A stretch of 64,000 nt of DNA, taken from the IMG/VR virus record IMGVR_UViG_3300005663_000028, positions 64,001-128,000 of that record, one strand, 5' to 3'. Below, one piece after another: positions 36,042 through 46,483 of the stretch (position 1 is its first letter; every line of letters starts with the position of its first letter). The notes under the pieces were generated by a model. It was not told the origin of the DNA and ran no database searches. It worked only from the letters and a program-made list of their open reading frames with translations. The position numbers and the translations under genes were made by a program. The stretch comes from a virus.

Positions 36042-36566
36042 TTACTTTGTTTTTTCTTTACCCCAATCTTCCTTTGATACCAACTCTGATTTTGTCGCTG
36101 GTACAACAACAGCAATACCGAATTCAACTAGTGCGTACTTCCCACTTTCTTCCGGACACCTCGCCTTTAGTTTGTAGTCATCAAAAATCTGACATGACTT
36201 AATTTGCACCAATATGTTCTTTAAACTCACATCAGAATCACTTTCATCTATGGTTTTCTTGAGCCTTGCTAAAACATCTAATTCAATCATACCAAGAAGA
36301 TGGTCGGTGCCATACTTACTACACCTTCCAATCATAAAGGTTGGAATTTCGAACATTCCGCGAGACAATAATTCCGCCACTTTCTTAGCTTCGAAATCAC
36401 GCAACCCATGTCGAATTACACACTCCCCATTGGTGTGATCCGGAGATTTACAGAAAAATACATTTGCATTTGGATCAATTGAACGATTTTTCCTCTCGGG
36501 AGAATAATCCACACACTGATTAAACCGCCCTAAAAATAATTTGTATTGCTTACCTTTGTCACTCAT
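36042..36566 (-). CDS. Hypothetical protein
   Basis: 174-aa ORF between dnaE-C and ssb. Confidence 0.6.
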   Translation of the reverse strand: MSDKGKQYKLFLGRFNQCVDYSPERKNRSIDPNANVFFCKSPDHTNGECVIRHGLRDFEAKKVAELLSRGMFEIPTFMIGRCSKYGTDHLLGMIELDVLARLKKTIDESDSDVSLKNILVQIKSCQIFDDYKLKARCPEESGKYALVEFGIAVVVPATKSELVSKEDWGKEKTK

Positions 36567-36657
36567 AGTCCTATTTTTCCTAAAAACACAATCTTACGGG
36601 ATTGGGTACTCCCAATACCTTATGATACGCCCAACTCTATTTTTTGTCCCATAAAAA

Positions 36658-38508
36658 TCAGATTAACTTCTGAATATCTGAAATTATGAAGCTACCATTT
36701 TTCTTCTCACCATGAATCAGACCAATAATGTCTTCCTTACAGCATGCCTTTATTCGACTAAACGGGCCTGGGAACACAACCGCACGATCAATCGAATACG
36801 TAGAATCCGACACTGTAAGAATACACATTGACTGACCCGGATTCTTTCCTTTTTTGGTTGTCGTATGTTTGACACTATCGATAATGGCACATATAGCAAT
36901 TGATTCATTATTGGGTGCCTGTGCTACTTCTAGACAAGTATGGGTGGCAAAAGTACTATCGACGTCATCCGCCTGGGAGCAAGACAGAGAAATACCAAGG
37001 AAATGCTTCTCAGCAATCGCCTTAGCCCCATTAGTGTCCGAAATAGGTTCCTCTAGGAGTTCTGCTTTTTCTTCTACTCTTGTACGTCTTGCATCGCTTG
37101 AACAAGGAGGCTTAACCACAATATCCTTGTAACCATTTTGCACCATCAAATCGGCAATACCCTTTTTGGTTCGACCCCCAATACTATTTAACCACAAATC
37201 TTTTTCTTCTGGAGACGTGTATACAAATTTACCATCTCCGTCCATAATTTCGTCAAAAGCTGCGCATACCTGATCCAAATACCCAATCGCTGCACTCACC
37301 AACTCTGGTTTACTCATCTGCCCTATTTTCTTGATTTTGTTCCCTGGGGGTTGGGCCATTTGCAGCAAGATTTCTTGTGTAGTCATTATTCCTTCGGAAA
37401 GCTGATTAAAGAAGTAGACCTTTTCTTTTGCGGTCAACCCTTTAATTTCGACCTTTTTACCTTCAGAATTGTACGCGGCACCCCCAAGAACTATTTCAAG
37501 CTCCCTTACCATCTCACTGCGGCCCATATCAAAGCAGTCACATGCACCAGATTTAATCAACGCTATCCCTACATTCCTGTGGAGCCTTGGAACTGCCGAG
37601 AGGAAGTTGGCCCAGGTGTCTAGAGAGCCTGTTCCTGACGTTTTCCCCGCCGCTGAGATGATTTCCTTGATAGCCGAGGGTCCGACACCCCTAACGTGCG
37701 CCAGGCCGAAGGCAACGCATTTCTGTGGCTTTTCGACAATCTGAAAGTTCACATTTCCACGACGAATATCTGGCGGCAGCACCTTGATATCAAATAATCT
37801 GGCATCCTGTACCAATCTATATATTTCTTCCTTCGGATCACTCTTATAATTGGCAAAAGTGAGGTAACTGGCAAAAAATTCATATGGGAAGTGAGACTTT
37901 AACCACGCTGTGGGATAACTTATTCCTAGTCCATAACTTAAAGCGTGACTTTTATTAAATTGGTACTTTTGGCACTTTTCGATCCATCCGAAAATTTCTT
38001 CAGCCACATCTTTATCAATACCACTATGTTCTTGACATCCCTCGATAAATTTAGTTTTTAGTTTAGCCATCTTTTCTGGTAATTTTTTTCCAATGGCCGA
38101 CCGAAGTGTATCTCCATCGATTGGGTCAAAGCCCGCCAAATCCGTGGCAATGCGCAGCGATTGCTCTTGGAAAACCATCTGAGCGTTGGTAGATTCTAAT
38201 ATGGGCTTCAAAGATGGGTGTAAATAAGATGGCTCTTTGCGTCCAAATTTAACGTCAACATATAGCTCGCTGAGCCCACCTTCGAGGGGTCCAGGTCTCA
38301 AAATACTAACCAACGCAGCAAGTTCTTCTATATTGTCCGGTCTTACTTTTTTTGACCAATCTTGACCTAGACTTTTTTCAAGCTGAAATACCCCGACCGT
38401 GTGGCCTCCGGATATGAGCTTCCAGGTAGCAGGACAATCAAGGCGAACGTCGTTTATGTTGAATTTGCCCCTCTCAACTTGACATTTACAGTTTGTGAAT
38501 GTGATCAT
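36658..38508 (-). CDS. dnaE: DNA polymerase III alpha subunit, C-terminal half (split gene)
   Basis: GVFQLE...LRPGP...VFQEQ...LR.AIGKK...FNKSHA.SY...WLK.HFP.EF...LPPDI..G...FGL..VRGVG; C-terminal OB fold. Confidence 0.93.
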   Translation of the reverse strand: MITFTNCKCQVERGKFNINDVRLDCPATWKLISGGHTVGVFQLEKSLGQDWSKKVRPDNIEELAALVSILRPGPLEGGLSELYVDVKFGRKEPSYLHPSLKPILESTNAQMVFQEQSLRIATDLAGFDPIDGDTLRSAIGKKLPEKMAKLKTKFIEGCQEHSGIDKDVAEEIFGWIEKCQKYQFNKSHALSYGLGISYPTAWLKSHFPYEFFASYLTFANYKSDPKEEIYRLVQDARLFDIKVLPPDIRRGNVNFQIVEKPQKCVAFGLAHVRGVGPSAIKEIISAAGKTSGTGSLDTWANFLSAVPRLHRNVGIALIKSGACDCFDMGRSEMVRELEIVLGGAAYNSEGKKVEIKGLTAKEKVYFFNQLSEGIMTTQEILLQMAQPPGNKIKKIGQMSKPELVSAAIGYLDQVCAAFDEIMDGDGKFVYTSPEEKDLWLNSIGGRTKKGIADLMVQNGYKDIVVKPPCSSDARRTRVEEKAELLEEPISDTNGAKAIAEKHFLGISLSCSQADDVDSTFATHTCLEVAQAPNNESIAICAIIDSVKHTTTKKGKNPGQSMCILTVSDSTYSIDRAVVFPGPFSRIKACCKEDIIGLIHGEKKNGSFIISDIQKLI

Positions 38509-38513
38509 ACTCT

Positions 38514-38575
38514 ATTATACCTCCAAGTTGAATATTTGTTCCACAAAATCAACATTTTTTTGATGAATAATGTTG
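38514..38575 (-). promoter_or_regulatory. Intergenic regulatory region of dnaE-C
   Basis: On the minus strand: TTGACA, a CAACATT/AATGTTG inverted repeat, and GGAGG-TATAAT ending 5 nt before the ATG. Confidence 0.45.
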
Positions 38576-39130
38576 TCAATCGTCTACTCCTGGTTTTGGG
38601 ATTACCACTAGCATGAAGTGTTCATCTGGGGACAGTTTCGTGTATACATTCTGGTATTTATCAAACGAGTGGCGGTCGAAAGTGGAGACATGTATTGAGT
38701 TAATACTACCTTTATACGGTACGGTGAGGATAACTGCTTTTTCAGCAGCTTGGTACATTTTCTCTAAGATGACCATAGGGTTGCTGAAGTGCTCTAATGT
38801 CTCTGCTGAAATAATATAGTCATACACTCCAGGGAGATGGTCCGTAATTATATTTATACAATGTGTTTGTACTACTGCTTCTTCACATGCTTTTGTGCTG
38901 AAATCTAATCCTTCAACAATCCAATCTTTGCAAATACTAACCATGTGTGTTGGGCCGAATCCGAATCCACTGCCAATATCTAATATCGTTGCAGTGCATC
39001 TTGGGATTACCGTTGTTATCATATCGTAAAATCGCAATCGTTTCTTAGATGACCAAATTTCTTGAACATCGGCGATAGAATATCTATCGTTCCACCACTT
39101 AAGCGTGTTGTCGTTTTTTTTCTGCGACAT
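38576..39130 (-). CDS. Class I SAM-dependent methyltransferase
   Basis: ILDIGSGFG...GLDFS...YDYIISAETLEHFSNP; start placed at ATG 39130 (AAGGAG RBS). Confidence 0.88.
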   Translation of the reverse strand: MSQKKNDNTLKWWNDRYSIADVQEIWSSKKRLRFYDMITTVIPRCTATILDIGSGFGFGPTHMVSICKDWIVEGLDFSTKACEEAVVQTHCINIITDHLPGVYDYIISAETLEHFSNPMVILEKMYQAAEKAVILTVPYKGSINSIHVSTFDRHSFDKYQNVYTKLSPDEHFMLVVIPKPGVDD

Positions 39131-39143
39131 ATTAACTCCTTTT

Positions 39144-39743
39144 TTACTGCTTTTCACATACCCAACGATAACACCATCTTGGTGGCTGATATTCCGTAAT
39201 AGCATCGTGTGGTATGTCGTCATCCTTTGTGAGTTGTTCATAACCAAAACCAGCTTTGTCTAGTTCTTGAGCAGACCATGAAGGTGTCTTTCCTGGATAT
39301 ACCGAACCAGTATTCTGGGTTATAATGAATAATCCACCCGTTTTCAATACCCTAGCAGCTTCTGTAAAAAATTGTTTTACCACTTCGTCCTCACAGTGTT
39401 CTATTACAGAGACACTGAACACTATATCTATGGAATTTTTTTTCAAAGGCATGTTTGTCATAGAACCTTGATGATACTGAAGACCAGGGGTTATTTCTCC
39501 AATGGACCACGCAGCCTGATCTATGGCAACAACTAATCCCGGTGAGACATCGGCTAAATGGTGGCAAAACGGATGTGTTCCACCGCCAGACGCTGCGTCT
39601 ACCATACGAAGCCCTGGCTTTACCCATCTCATAGCAAATTCATATTCGTAAGGACGACTCCATCTGGATTTGAGTGGAAGATCGTGCCGACCAACAGAGT
39701 CTATTGTCGGATCACCACTTACAATATATCGTGATTTAATCAT
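39144..39743 (-). CDS. Class I SAM-dependent methyltransferase (type 11-like)
   Basis: MVDAASGGG...DIVFSVSVIEH...ARVLKTGGLFIIT. Confidence 0.88.
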   Translation of the reverse strand: MIKSRYIVSGDPTIDSVGRHDLPLKSRWSRPYEYEFAMRWVKPGLRMVDAASGGGTHPFCHHLADVSPGLVVAIDQAAWSIGEITPGLQYHQGSMTNMPLKKNSIDIVFSVSVIEHCEDEVVKQFFTEAARVLKTGGLFIITQNTGSVYPGKTPSWSAQELDKAGFGYEQLTKDDDIPHDAITEYQPPRWCYRWVCEKQ

Positions 39744-39757
39744 TTTTCATTTCCTTT

Positions 39758-40402
39758 TCAGATTATGTTTTTGTTGACAAAAAGATGACAAGGCCAATCG
39801 TTGGTTTCTGTGGTCATTAAGAAAAATTCAGACATTCTTTTAATAGCGTCTGTTGTTTGTGCTTCTGGATAAATTCTTCCTCCATGAAAAGAGACGCAAA
39901 GCTGCCCTATTTTATTTCGTAAATCAGGTTTTCTCATAATTTCATTTATTATTTCAAGTTCAGCACCTTCACAGTTACAAAAGAGAACATCTATGCGAGG
40001 TATATCGTTTGTTTTCAATATAGACTCCACACTTGTTGATTTCACCTTAGTCCTTTGTGTCAACCTCATACTTGTCTCTTTCTTGTGTCTTGGATAGATA
40101 CTATGAGAACACCCTCCTGGGAATTCAAAAAAATCAATTTCACCATCTTCTCCTGTCACGGCTAATTGACGAGTAATAATTTTTGATCCAAATACTGCCT
40201 GATTTAACAAATGACAATTCTCTTCATTTGCTTCATAAACAATAGTCGTACCACTGAATTTTTGATCAAGAGCAATCGCATGAATTCCAGTTCTCGATCC
40301 AATATCTATAAAGATTGGCTCTGGTGGCAAAATTCCTTTTGCAAAAAATAAATAACGACTACACCTGTCTAGCTGTAATCGTGTTTTAATGTGTTCATCC
40401 AT
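39758..40402 (-). CDS. FkbM-family methyltransferase
   Basis: FIDIGSRTG...YEAN...IDVLFCNCEGAELEII. Confidence 0.85.
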   Translation of the reverse strand: MDEHIKTRLQLDRCSRYLFFAKGILPPEPIFIDIGSRTGIHAIALDQKFSGTTIVYEANEENCHLLNQAVFGSKIITRQLAVTGEDGEIDFFEFPGGCSHSIYPRHKKETSMRLTQRTKVKSTSVESILKTNDIPRIDVLFCNCEGAELEIINEIMRKPDLRNKIGQLCVSFHGGRIYPEAQTTDAIKRMSEFFLMTTETNDWPCHLFVNKNII

Positions 40403-40417
40403 TTCATCACCCTTTCT

Positions 40418-41125
40418 TTATTCGGACCATTCGGTTTGATTATGATCATCTGGTTTGTACTTTCTTATGAGAGGCAGACCGGAAACCTTATAGTCGCCAA
40501 ATGCGTGTAGAATAATATGTCCATCTCTATTGTCCCATCCTGGAGGCAAAATCCCGAGACTTAAGTCTTTAGCCTTTGTCGTTGCAGGGAATAGTGCTGG
40601 CATATCTCGCCCACAACCAAGCAACCTCCAATAGTATTCCCATTTCGTGAACAGCTTTGTGGTATTTTCTGTTTTACGAAAAAAGAAAACACCTTCCTTA
40701 TAAATCGTTGCGGGATAATCTTCCTGATTCATGAATTTGCCATATAACCATGCCATAGGTAATCTCTGTCTGTCTATCCCTATTCGTTCGAAGACTGAGA
40801 ACATCACATCATAGTTCTTCGCTGTTGTAAATCCACCTAAAAACTCCGCTGATTGAACAGCGGTATCTGTATCGCAGAATAATGTAATATCAAACGGTGA
40901 AAACAAATCTGTTCGAATTTTGTAATATCGATTATCTTTCTGTTCAACACCAACTACTTCAAATGATACGTTCGGTAAGTCATCCCATTCTTTACATCTT
41001 TGATCTTTTATTAAATTTGTAATCACCCTAACTGGAATGTCGCTATATTTTCTTATCAAAATTACCGAGTGAGCACACTGATAGTCATACTGTTTGCCAA
41101 AAGCAACATATAGTACTCCATTCAT
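40418..41125 (-). CDS. Putative GT-A glycosyltransferase (GT8-like)
   Basis: GVLYVAFG...YKI...SPFD.TLFCDTDT (DxD)...GVFFFRK...DMPAL. Confidence 0.75.
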   Translation of the reverse strand: MNGVLYVAFGKQYDYQCAHSVILIRKYSDIPVRVITNLIKDQRCKEWDDLPNVSFEVVGVEQKDNRYYKIRTDLFSPFDITLFCDTDTAVQSAEFLGGFTTAKNYDVMFSVFERIGIDRQRLPMAWLYGKFMNQEDYPATIYKEGVFFFRKTENTTKLFTKWEYYWRLLGCGRDMPALFPATTKAKDLSLGILPPGWDNRDGHIILHAFGDYKVSGLPLIRKYKPDDHNQTEWSE

Positions 41126-41151
41126 CTCTAGTCCCCTTTTCTCAAATTCTA

Positions 41152-41985
41152 TTAAGCGCCATAACTTTTCATTACTTGACGCAATATAGAGCCAATTTTT
41201 GGTGACTTTATTACTAATTCGTCAAATAGTGAACTTTGACATGCGGCAAGAAATTCTGATTTTCTGAAAGAATATCCTCTGGATTTTTTAAGATTATCGA
41301 TTCCCAATTCTGCCAAGCGAATATGAACTCCATGATGGGCGGATGTTGTCAAAAAAGACCAGTAGGTATCTGAAAGATTTTTCGGTATTTCACCCAAATC
41401 AGACTCCAGAATCATTTGTAAAAGAAACCGTTCATTAAAACCTGCCCCTATTTTTGGTACTCTACGTCCAAGTTCGCCAGCAATAAGTTCTGAACGATAT
41501 TTGTCAATTACTGGCATCATTATCTTAAACCATTCCTTTGGTTTTACGACATGAATACCACCCATTCTATTCGGACCAGAACTTGCTCGAATACAGTTGC
41601 TATATGGTATGTCAAGTAATTCACAATGAGATAAGTGTTGTTGCATATAAGACGGAAACTCTTTACAAATAGCCATATCTACGTCTCCGATAGAAAGACA
41701 ATCAAATAGTTCGAATACTGGATCGAACATTAGCCACCTCAAACACTTTATGGTCTCGCCATCCACCCTACCGTATTCATCAAAAGCATTCTCTTTGACA
41801 ACAAAGCTGAATGGCAAAATACTTAATATCTCTTCAATGTTTTCCTCTATGTGTCTATCCAAAAATATCATTTTATGTGATTCGGGGTAAGCCTGATCTA
41901 AAAAATATAACCACCAAGGAATATATTGTTGATACGATCCATTAGCTACTGTAGTAAAACACATTTTATTTGCATCTAATATCAT
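41152..41985 (-). CDS. Putative GT-A glycosyltransferase
   Basis: Y..YIPW.LY...LRW...LSIGDVDM (DxD)...NE..L. Confidence 0.6.
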   Translation of the reverse strand: MILDANKMCFTTVANGSYQQYIPWWLYFLDQAYPESHKMIFLDRHIEENIEEILSILPFSFVVKENAFDEYGRVDGETIKCLRWLMFDPVFELFDCLSIGDVDMAICKEFPSYMQQHLSHCELLDIPYSNCIRASSGPNRMGGIHVVKPKEWFKIMMPVIDKYRSELIAGELGRRVPKIGAGFNERFLLQMILESDLGEIPKNLSDTYWSFLTTSAHHGVHIRLAELGIDNLKKSRGYSFRKSEFLAACQSSLFDELVIKSPKIGSILRQVMKSYGA

Positions 41986-42740
41986 GTTTGTATTCCCATA
42001 GCTTTTCTAAACATTTGTCCGAGTAGGGTGGAAGATTCTAGAAGCTGTTCGCGATTCATTGTTAAGGATTGGGAATTACCCTGCTTGAACATTTGATGGA
42101 AAAGCATTGTACCCAAAGAATCCTCGGAACAGTATTTATCAATTGATTCTTTCCCATCAAATCGGAAGGCTTCCCAAGAAGGAATTTGCATCAAGAGACG
42201 ATAATCCAAATGGTGATATTTCTTTCCCTTAACCGCCTGTCTGATAGTGGCTGGACCTAGTGATCCCCATGTGAATATGTGTTTTGGTGAATGAAGATTC
42301 AATTGATACTCAATGACCGAGACGGCTTTCGAGATCACCTCACCGCGCTGCGTAGAGAGTAGGAACCCGCATTCCGGTTCTCCGTAGTTAAGGCCGGGAG
42401 ATGCTGTTGCTACTAGATCGATTCCATCTTTCAGAAAATCATACAATGGCTTTAGGCTTTTAAACAGTATTAGGTCCGAGTCAAGCCAAATTCCTCCGTG
42501 TTCTCTCAACAACATATATCGAAGATAGTTCGATCGATTATTTATTTGCGATATTTGGAAGAAGGTGTCTGATATATTTGGTAGAAACTGTCTGACATTT
42601 TCAGTAGTCACCATGTGGATATCAAAATCTCCTTGGCAGTGTCTCCTGATTGTCTCTAGACACAACTGGATATAAGCAGGTGATTCTGTTGCTGGTGGAA
42701 TATTATCCCAATATAGCCAAATTTTAGGTTTTTCCATCAT
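41982..42740 (-). CDS. Capsular polysaccharide synthesis / GT32-like DxD glycosyltransferase
   Basis: KIWLYWD...IQLCLETI...SNYLRY.LL..HGGIWLDSD...LGP. Confidence 0.88.
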   Translation of the reverse strand: MMEKPKIWLYWDNIPPATESPAYIQLCLETIRRHCQGDFDIHMVTTENVRQFLPNISDTFFQISQINNRSNYLRYMLLREHGGIWLDSDLILFKSLKPLYDFLKDGIDLVATASPGLNYGEPECGFLLSTQRGEVISKAVSVIEYQLNLHSPKHIFTWGSLGPATIRQAVKGKKYHHLDYRLLMQIPSWEAFRFDGKESIDKYCSEDSLGTMLFHQMFKQGNSQSLTMNREQLLESSTLLGQMFRKAMGIQT

Positions 42741-43312
42741 CTCATCACCGACTGAAGGAGAACGTTGCGATGATCACCCATGTAAATATTCATATTCTTG
42801 ATTCCCATCGACTTCATCTTCTCCCTCAGTTCACCTTCTTGGTGTTTAGCACTAGGTGATTTCCGGACATCAAAGTCTATCAATAGCGACTTAACCATAT
42901 TATACTCGCCGGACTCAAGCAAATTCATAACAATCTCGCATTCACTTCCCTCTGCATTAATTTTCAGGAAAACCTCATCTCCCACAAAAATGTTTTCTCT
43001 GAACCATTCAGACGCATTAATAAATTGACATTTAGTAATACGTGGTTCTGGGTTACAGGTGGTTTCATAGTCTAGATGAACGCTAGCTCCCTGCGACCCC
43101 TCGTTGTGTAAATCCATTTTGCACGTCTCTGACCACAATCCAGCTTTGACGATTGTCACTCTTGGATTATTCTCAAACTTGCGATCCAAAATGTCGTGAC
43201 ATATTGGAGAAGGATCAAATCCAACAATCTTGTCGACCTTGAATCTCGGACTCAATAACAACTCTATCGTCTGCCCAATATTACTGCCTACATCTAGAAA
43301 TACTCTTGCCAT
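42737..43312 (-). CDS. FkbM-family methyltransferase
   Basis: FLDVGSNIG...FDPSP...FLKINAEGSECEIV. Confidence 0.88.
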   Translation of the reverse strand: MARVFLDVGSNIGQTIELLLSPRFKVDKIVGFDPSPICHDILDRKFENNPRVTIVKAGLWSETCKMDLHNEGSQGASVHLDYETTCNPEPRITKCQFINASEWFRENIFVGDEVFLKINAEGSECEIVMNLLESGEYNMVKSLLIDFDVRKSPSAKHQEGELREKMKSMGIKNMNIYMGDHRNVLLQSVMR

Positions 43313-44155
43313 CTACTTTCTCCAATCAAAATATACAAAGCGAGCCAGAAATACGTCATTGTGAATATGAAATGCGAACTTGAGTTTCGACAGCAGTCCC
43401 GCTACTTGCAATTGACGAAAAGCAAATTCATGATTAGACGGAACACCCTCCCTTAAAAACTTACCTATATTATCATACAGATTACCAAATTGGTCCATAA
43501 TCTCTGAACCACCAAAAAACCAATAATCCGCCAATGCTGGATAGTGTGGAGTGTGAGGATAGCCAGTATGTGTATGTCGAAGTTCTTTGTTTTCTTTCTT
43601 GTCCCACCCGTGAAAAAACCAGTCTGCATGACGTATTCCTTGTCCGTCGGGCATTTTCATTACACACCAATTACTAGCGTAGAAATGATTCTGGTCAAAC
43701 TGATCAAAATGGACATCCACCATCCACGCAACATCAAATCTACCAATCATAACCATATCATATTTGAATTCATGCTCCATTTCATACTGCTTCTTAAGTT
43801 GCACACACCTCTGTATGCCATACCATCTGGCAATCGTAATCTGGCTTTTGGAATCTATTTTGTCTGAATAATTATTACCAACCTTGGCTCCGATAGTGTT
43901 GAATCTTGGATCAGATTCAAATATCGTTGCTTTTGGATTGTAAGCAGCAACTAGGTCTTGTTCTGCATCGACACTGGGTGTATGTATGAAGACATCAACG
44001 TCATTATGAGCTAGTATGTGTTTTCGATAATGCTCTAGTCCTTTTCTCCATTCGACAGGTGTACGTTTACCAGATTTGCCATCCCACATCTGACCATTAA
44101 CTGTTTTTTTGCCCGGATGCAAAGCCATTCCTGTTAAACACAAGGCTATTTTCAT
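43313..44155 (-). CDS. Putative glycosyltransferase-like protein (KIALC.SG...YD.V...RFD type)
   Basis: MKIALCLTG...DVFIHT...YDMVMIGRFDV...D.WFFG; a family common in viral glycan loci. Confidence 0.6.
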   Translation of the reverse strand: MKIALCLTGMALHPGKKTVNGQMWDGKSGKRTPVEWRKGLEHYRKHILAHNDVDVFIHTPSVDAEQDLVAAYNPKATIFESDPRFNTIGAKVGNNYSDKIDSKSQITIARWYGIQRCVQLKKQYEMEHEFKYDMVMIGRFDVAWMVDVHFDQFDQNHFYASNWCVMKMPDGQGIRHADWFFHGWDKKENKELRHTHTGYPHTPHYPALADYWFFGGSEIMDQFGNLYDNIGKFLREGVPSNHEFAFRQLQVAGLLSKLKFAFHIHNDVFLARFVYFDWRK

Positions 44156-44165
44156 TGCTTCACTC

Positions 44166-44945
44166 CTATTTTTTCTTTAATTTTCCAAGATTAGTTTTGT
44201 CGACAATAATTGATGAAGTATCAACTTGTTCTGCAACATTTTTTTGTATTTCTAATCTCATCCATTCTTTTTCTCTTTTTATTATGTCTGCTGGGGTAGA
44301 AGGACTACCACACCTCTCGTCTAAAGGTAAGTTGATAGCTATAAATTGTCTTTTTGAGAGTATCGTTAATCCAGCACGTCTATTACCCATTCCCCATGGG
44401 AAGTCGATAATATCATAACTACCGTCATAGTATTTAGTTCGTAGGTCAAGAACAAATTCGCGACAGCCATCTATACGAAGCGTGTCGTGGAATGCAATCA
44501 TACCTGTTGGCGAAAGCAATGGATAGATAGTGTCAAAATCATTCTTAAGTCCAGGATATGAATGACACCCATCTATAAAAGCGAAATCTATTACGGGGCA
44601 TTCTGACAATAATATTTCTTTGAATTTTTGCGTTGTGGTGTCAACTTTATGGAGAGTAAAGTTATTATGCCCTTCTTCCACAAGTATTTTTTCAACAGAT
44701 TGTTGAGAATATTGCATTTGGAATTGTTTGTTTAATCCATGAGTACCCCAAAGATCAAACCCATACACATGTCCGCTGGTTTCTTTGGCCGCTTCGCATA
44801 GGTATTTAGTTGTTCCACCCCTAAAAACACCTATTTCTACACAAACCTTATATCTGTTAAATATTATGAGTTGCTTAATGAACACACTTTCACTTCTAGC
44901 ATGTTCTTTCATGACAACCTTCCTTGTTCGTTCAGAAGATTCCAC
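44166..44945 (-). CDS. Class I SAM-dependent methyltransferase (Methyltransf_24-like)
   Basis: VEIGVFRG...YGFD...IDFAFIDGCHSY......F...L...G.IAFHD. Confidence 0.9.
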   Translation of the reverse strand: MESSERTRKVVMKEHARSESVFIKQLIIFNRYKVCVEIGVFRGGTTKYLCEAAKETSGHVYGFDLWGTHGLNKQFQMQYSQQSVEKILVEEGHNNFTLHKVDTTTQKFKEILLSECPVIDFAFIDGCHSYPGLKNDFDTIYPLLSPTGMIAFHDTLRIDGCREFVLDLRTKYYDGSYDIIDFPWGMGNRRAGLTILSKRQFIAINLPLDERCGSPSTPADIIKREKEWMRLEIQKNVAEQVDTSSIIVDKTNLGKLKKK

Positions 44946-46483
44946 AACATAAGCTTCCCAAGATGAAACAACATTTCAGCATATGGTTGGTGATGCAATG
45001 ATGCTATGTTAAGATAAATCAATGCCGTCAATACTTTGACCTTATGGTGGTCATAATGATTGCGAATCAAATATTGTTTTAGCCATGTTTCACAGTCAAT
45101 AAGTGTCTGTCTCCTAAGTAGGTCAAAGTTAACCGTCGTACCATAAATGTCTATTTCATACAATCCTTGGTGAATGATTCCATGAGATACTATTAGTCCA
45201 TGCCATAGCTTTGCTAGGTCATAGTAAATGTCACCATAGTCCTTTAATCCACCAAAGTTCTGTCTCCAATCCAGTAGGCAAAAACCTTCTCCTGTGTCTA
45301 TGGTATTCTCAAAATGCAGATCGCCATGGAATCGTACCGGTATGCCAGTAGACATCCACGACCAATCTATCCGACCTAGTAATTCTGCAACGGAAGGAAC
45401 ATCCACACCATTAATACATTGTCTAGAATCATGATAGCCAAATCGTTCAAAATAATCATGTATTCGTTGAGTGGTTTTATCCTTATAAAATTCTAGATAT
45501 ACTTTCTGGATTTCTTTTGTCAACAGTTTTTGTTCGCCCCAAAGACCCTCTAACCACGTTAGAAAATCCTTGAATCGTGATGTAGTAATAGTGTTGGACA
45601 AAACCCGTCCATCTACCATTGGATAGCAATACATACTAGCAGTACTTCCCTCAAGCTTTGGAACATACCCTTCTAAAGTATTGGCTCTTACCACTCTTTC
45701 TGCTGTGAAGTCTTGGTCTGTAGAGAATTTTATTACCCTACCATTGCAAAACCAAATATGTTCCTGTTCTTTCGGGAGAATATTTGGATCACCATCCCTG
45801 CTAAAAGTATCATTCGCATAAGCAAGAGCTTCTACTGTTCCTGTATCATACCAAGTAAACTTTTTACCTCGAACTGTCTGTTCTTTTACCATTCTTGAAA
45901 GGGCACCCGCTTCACCCTGACCTGTTCCACCAACAGTTTTTATAATTTTCATGTTTCCCCAAAAGGCTTTGTAATCATAAATACCACAAATACCAATATA
46001 GGCTTTAGCTTCAGTGTGTATACCCTTTTCCCCAACATCTTTCACTACAGTATCATCCCATGAATCTACCACAATGGAACGATAATCTTGACCAGCACGA
46101 ATATCGGCGTATCCCATCCAATCATGATCCGGTACTGGAACATCCTCGGTTACTATCGCATCATTCGTGAAGAAAATGAACGGACATTGCAATATTTCTT
46201 CGTAGTCACATAAATCAGATGTAAGACCCTTTCTATTAGCCCAAATAAATGTGAACTTGCGATCCGGATAAGCCAAAGTTAAAAACTCTTTCACCAATTC
46301 ACCCTTGTGTCCAAGATCAATGATCAATTCTATGTCTGGCGGAAACTTCTCTATGATGTACGATATAATAGGACGGTTAGCTACGGGGACCAGGGTCTTA
46401 TTAACATGATCACAATGATTCCCTAAGCGAGAACCAACACCGGCAGTTGGTATCAGCACCTTGTACTTCTTATTCTCTTCCAT
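44909..46483 (-). CDS. Bifunctional sugar-phosphate nucleotidyltransferase + APH/choline-kinase-like phosphotransferase
   Basis: N: IPTAGVGSRL...NKTLVPVANRPII...WYDTG. C: HGDLHFEN...LLDWRQ.FGG...GDIYYDLAK. Confidence 0.88.
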   Translation of the reverse strand: MEENKKYKVLIPTAGVGSRLGNHCDHVNKTLVPVANRPIISYIIEKFPPDIELIIDLGHKGELVKEFLTLAYPDRKFTFIWANRKGLTSDLCDYEEILQCPFIFFTNDAIVTEDVPVPDHDWMGYADIRAGQDYRSIVVDSWDDTVVKDVGEKGIHTEAKAYIGICGIYDYKAFWGNMKIIKTVGGTGQGEAGALSRMVKEQTVRGKKFTWYDTGTVEALAYANDTFSRDGDPNILPKEQEHIWFCNGRVIKFSTDQDFTAERVVRANTLEGYVPKLEGSTASMYCYPMVDGRVLSNTITTSRFKDFLTWLEGLWGEQKLLTKEIQKVYLEFYKDKTTQRIHDYFERFGYHDSRQCINGVDVPSVAELLGRIDWSWMSTGIPVRFHGDLHFENTIDTGEGFCLLDWRQNFGGLKDYGDIYYDLAKLWHGLIVSHGIIHQGLYEIDIYGTTVNFDLLRRQTLIDCETWLKQYLIRNHYDHHKVKVLTALIYLNIASLHHQPYAEMLFHLGKLMLWNLLNEQGRLS

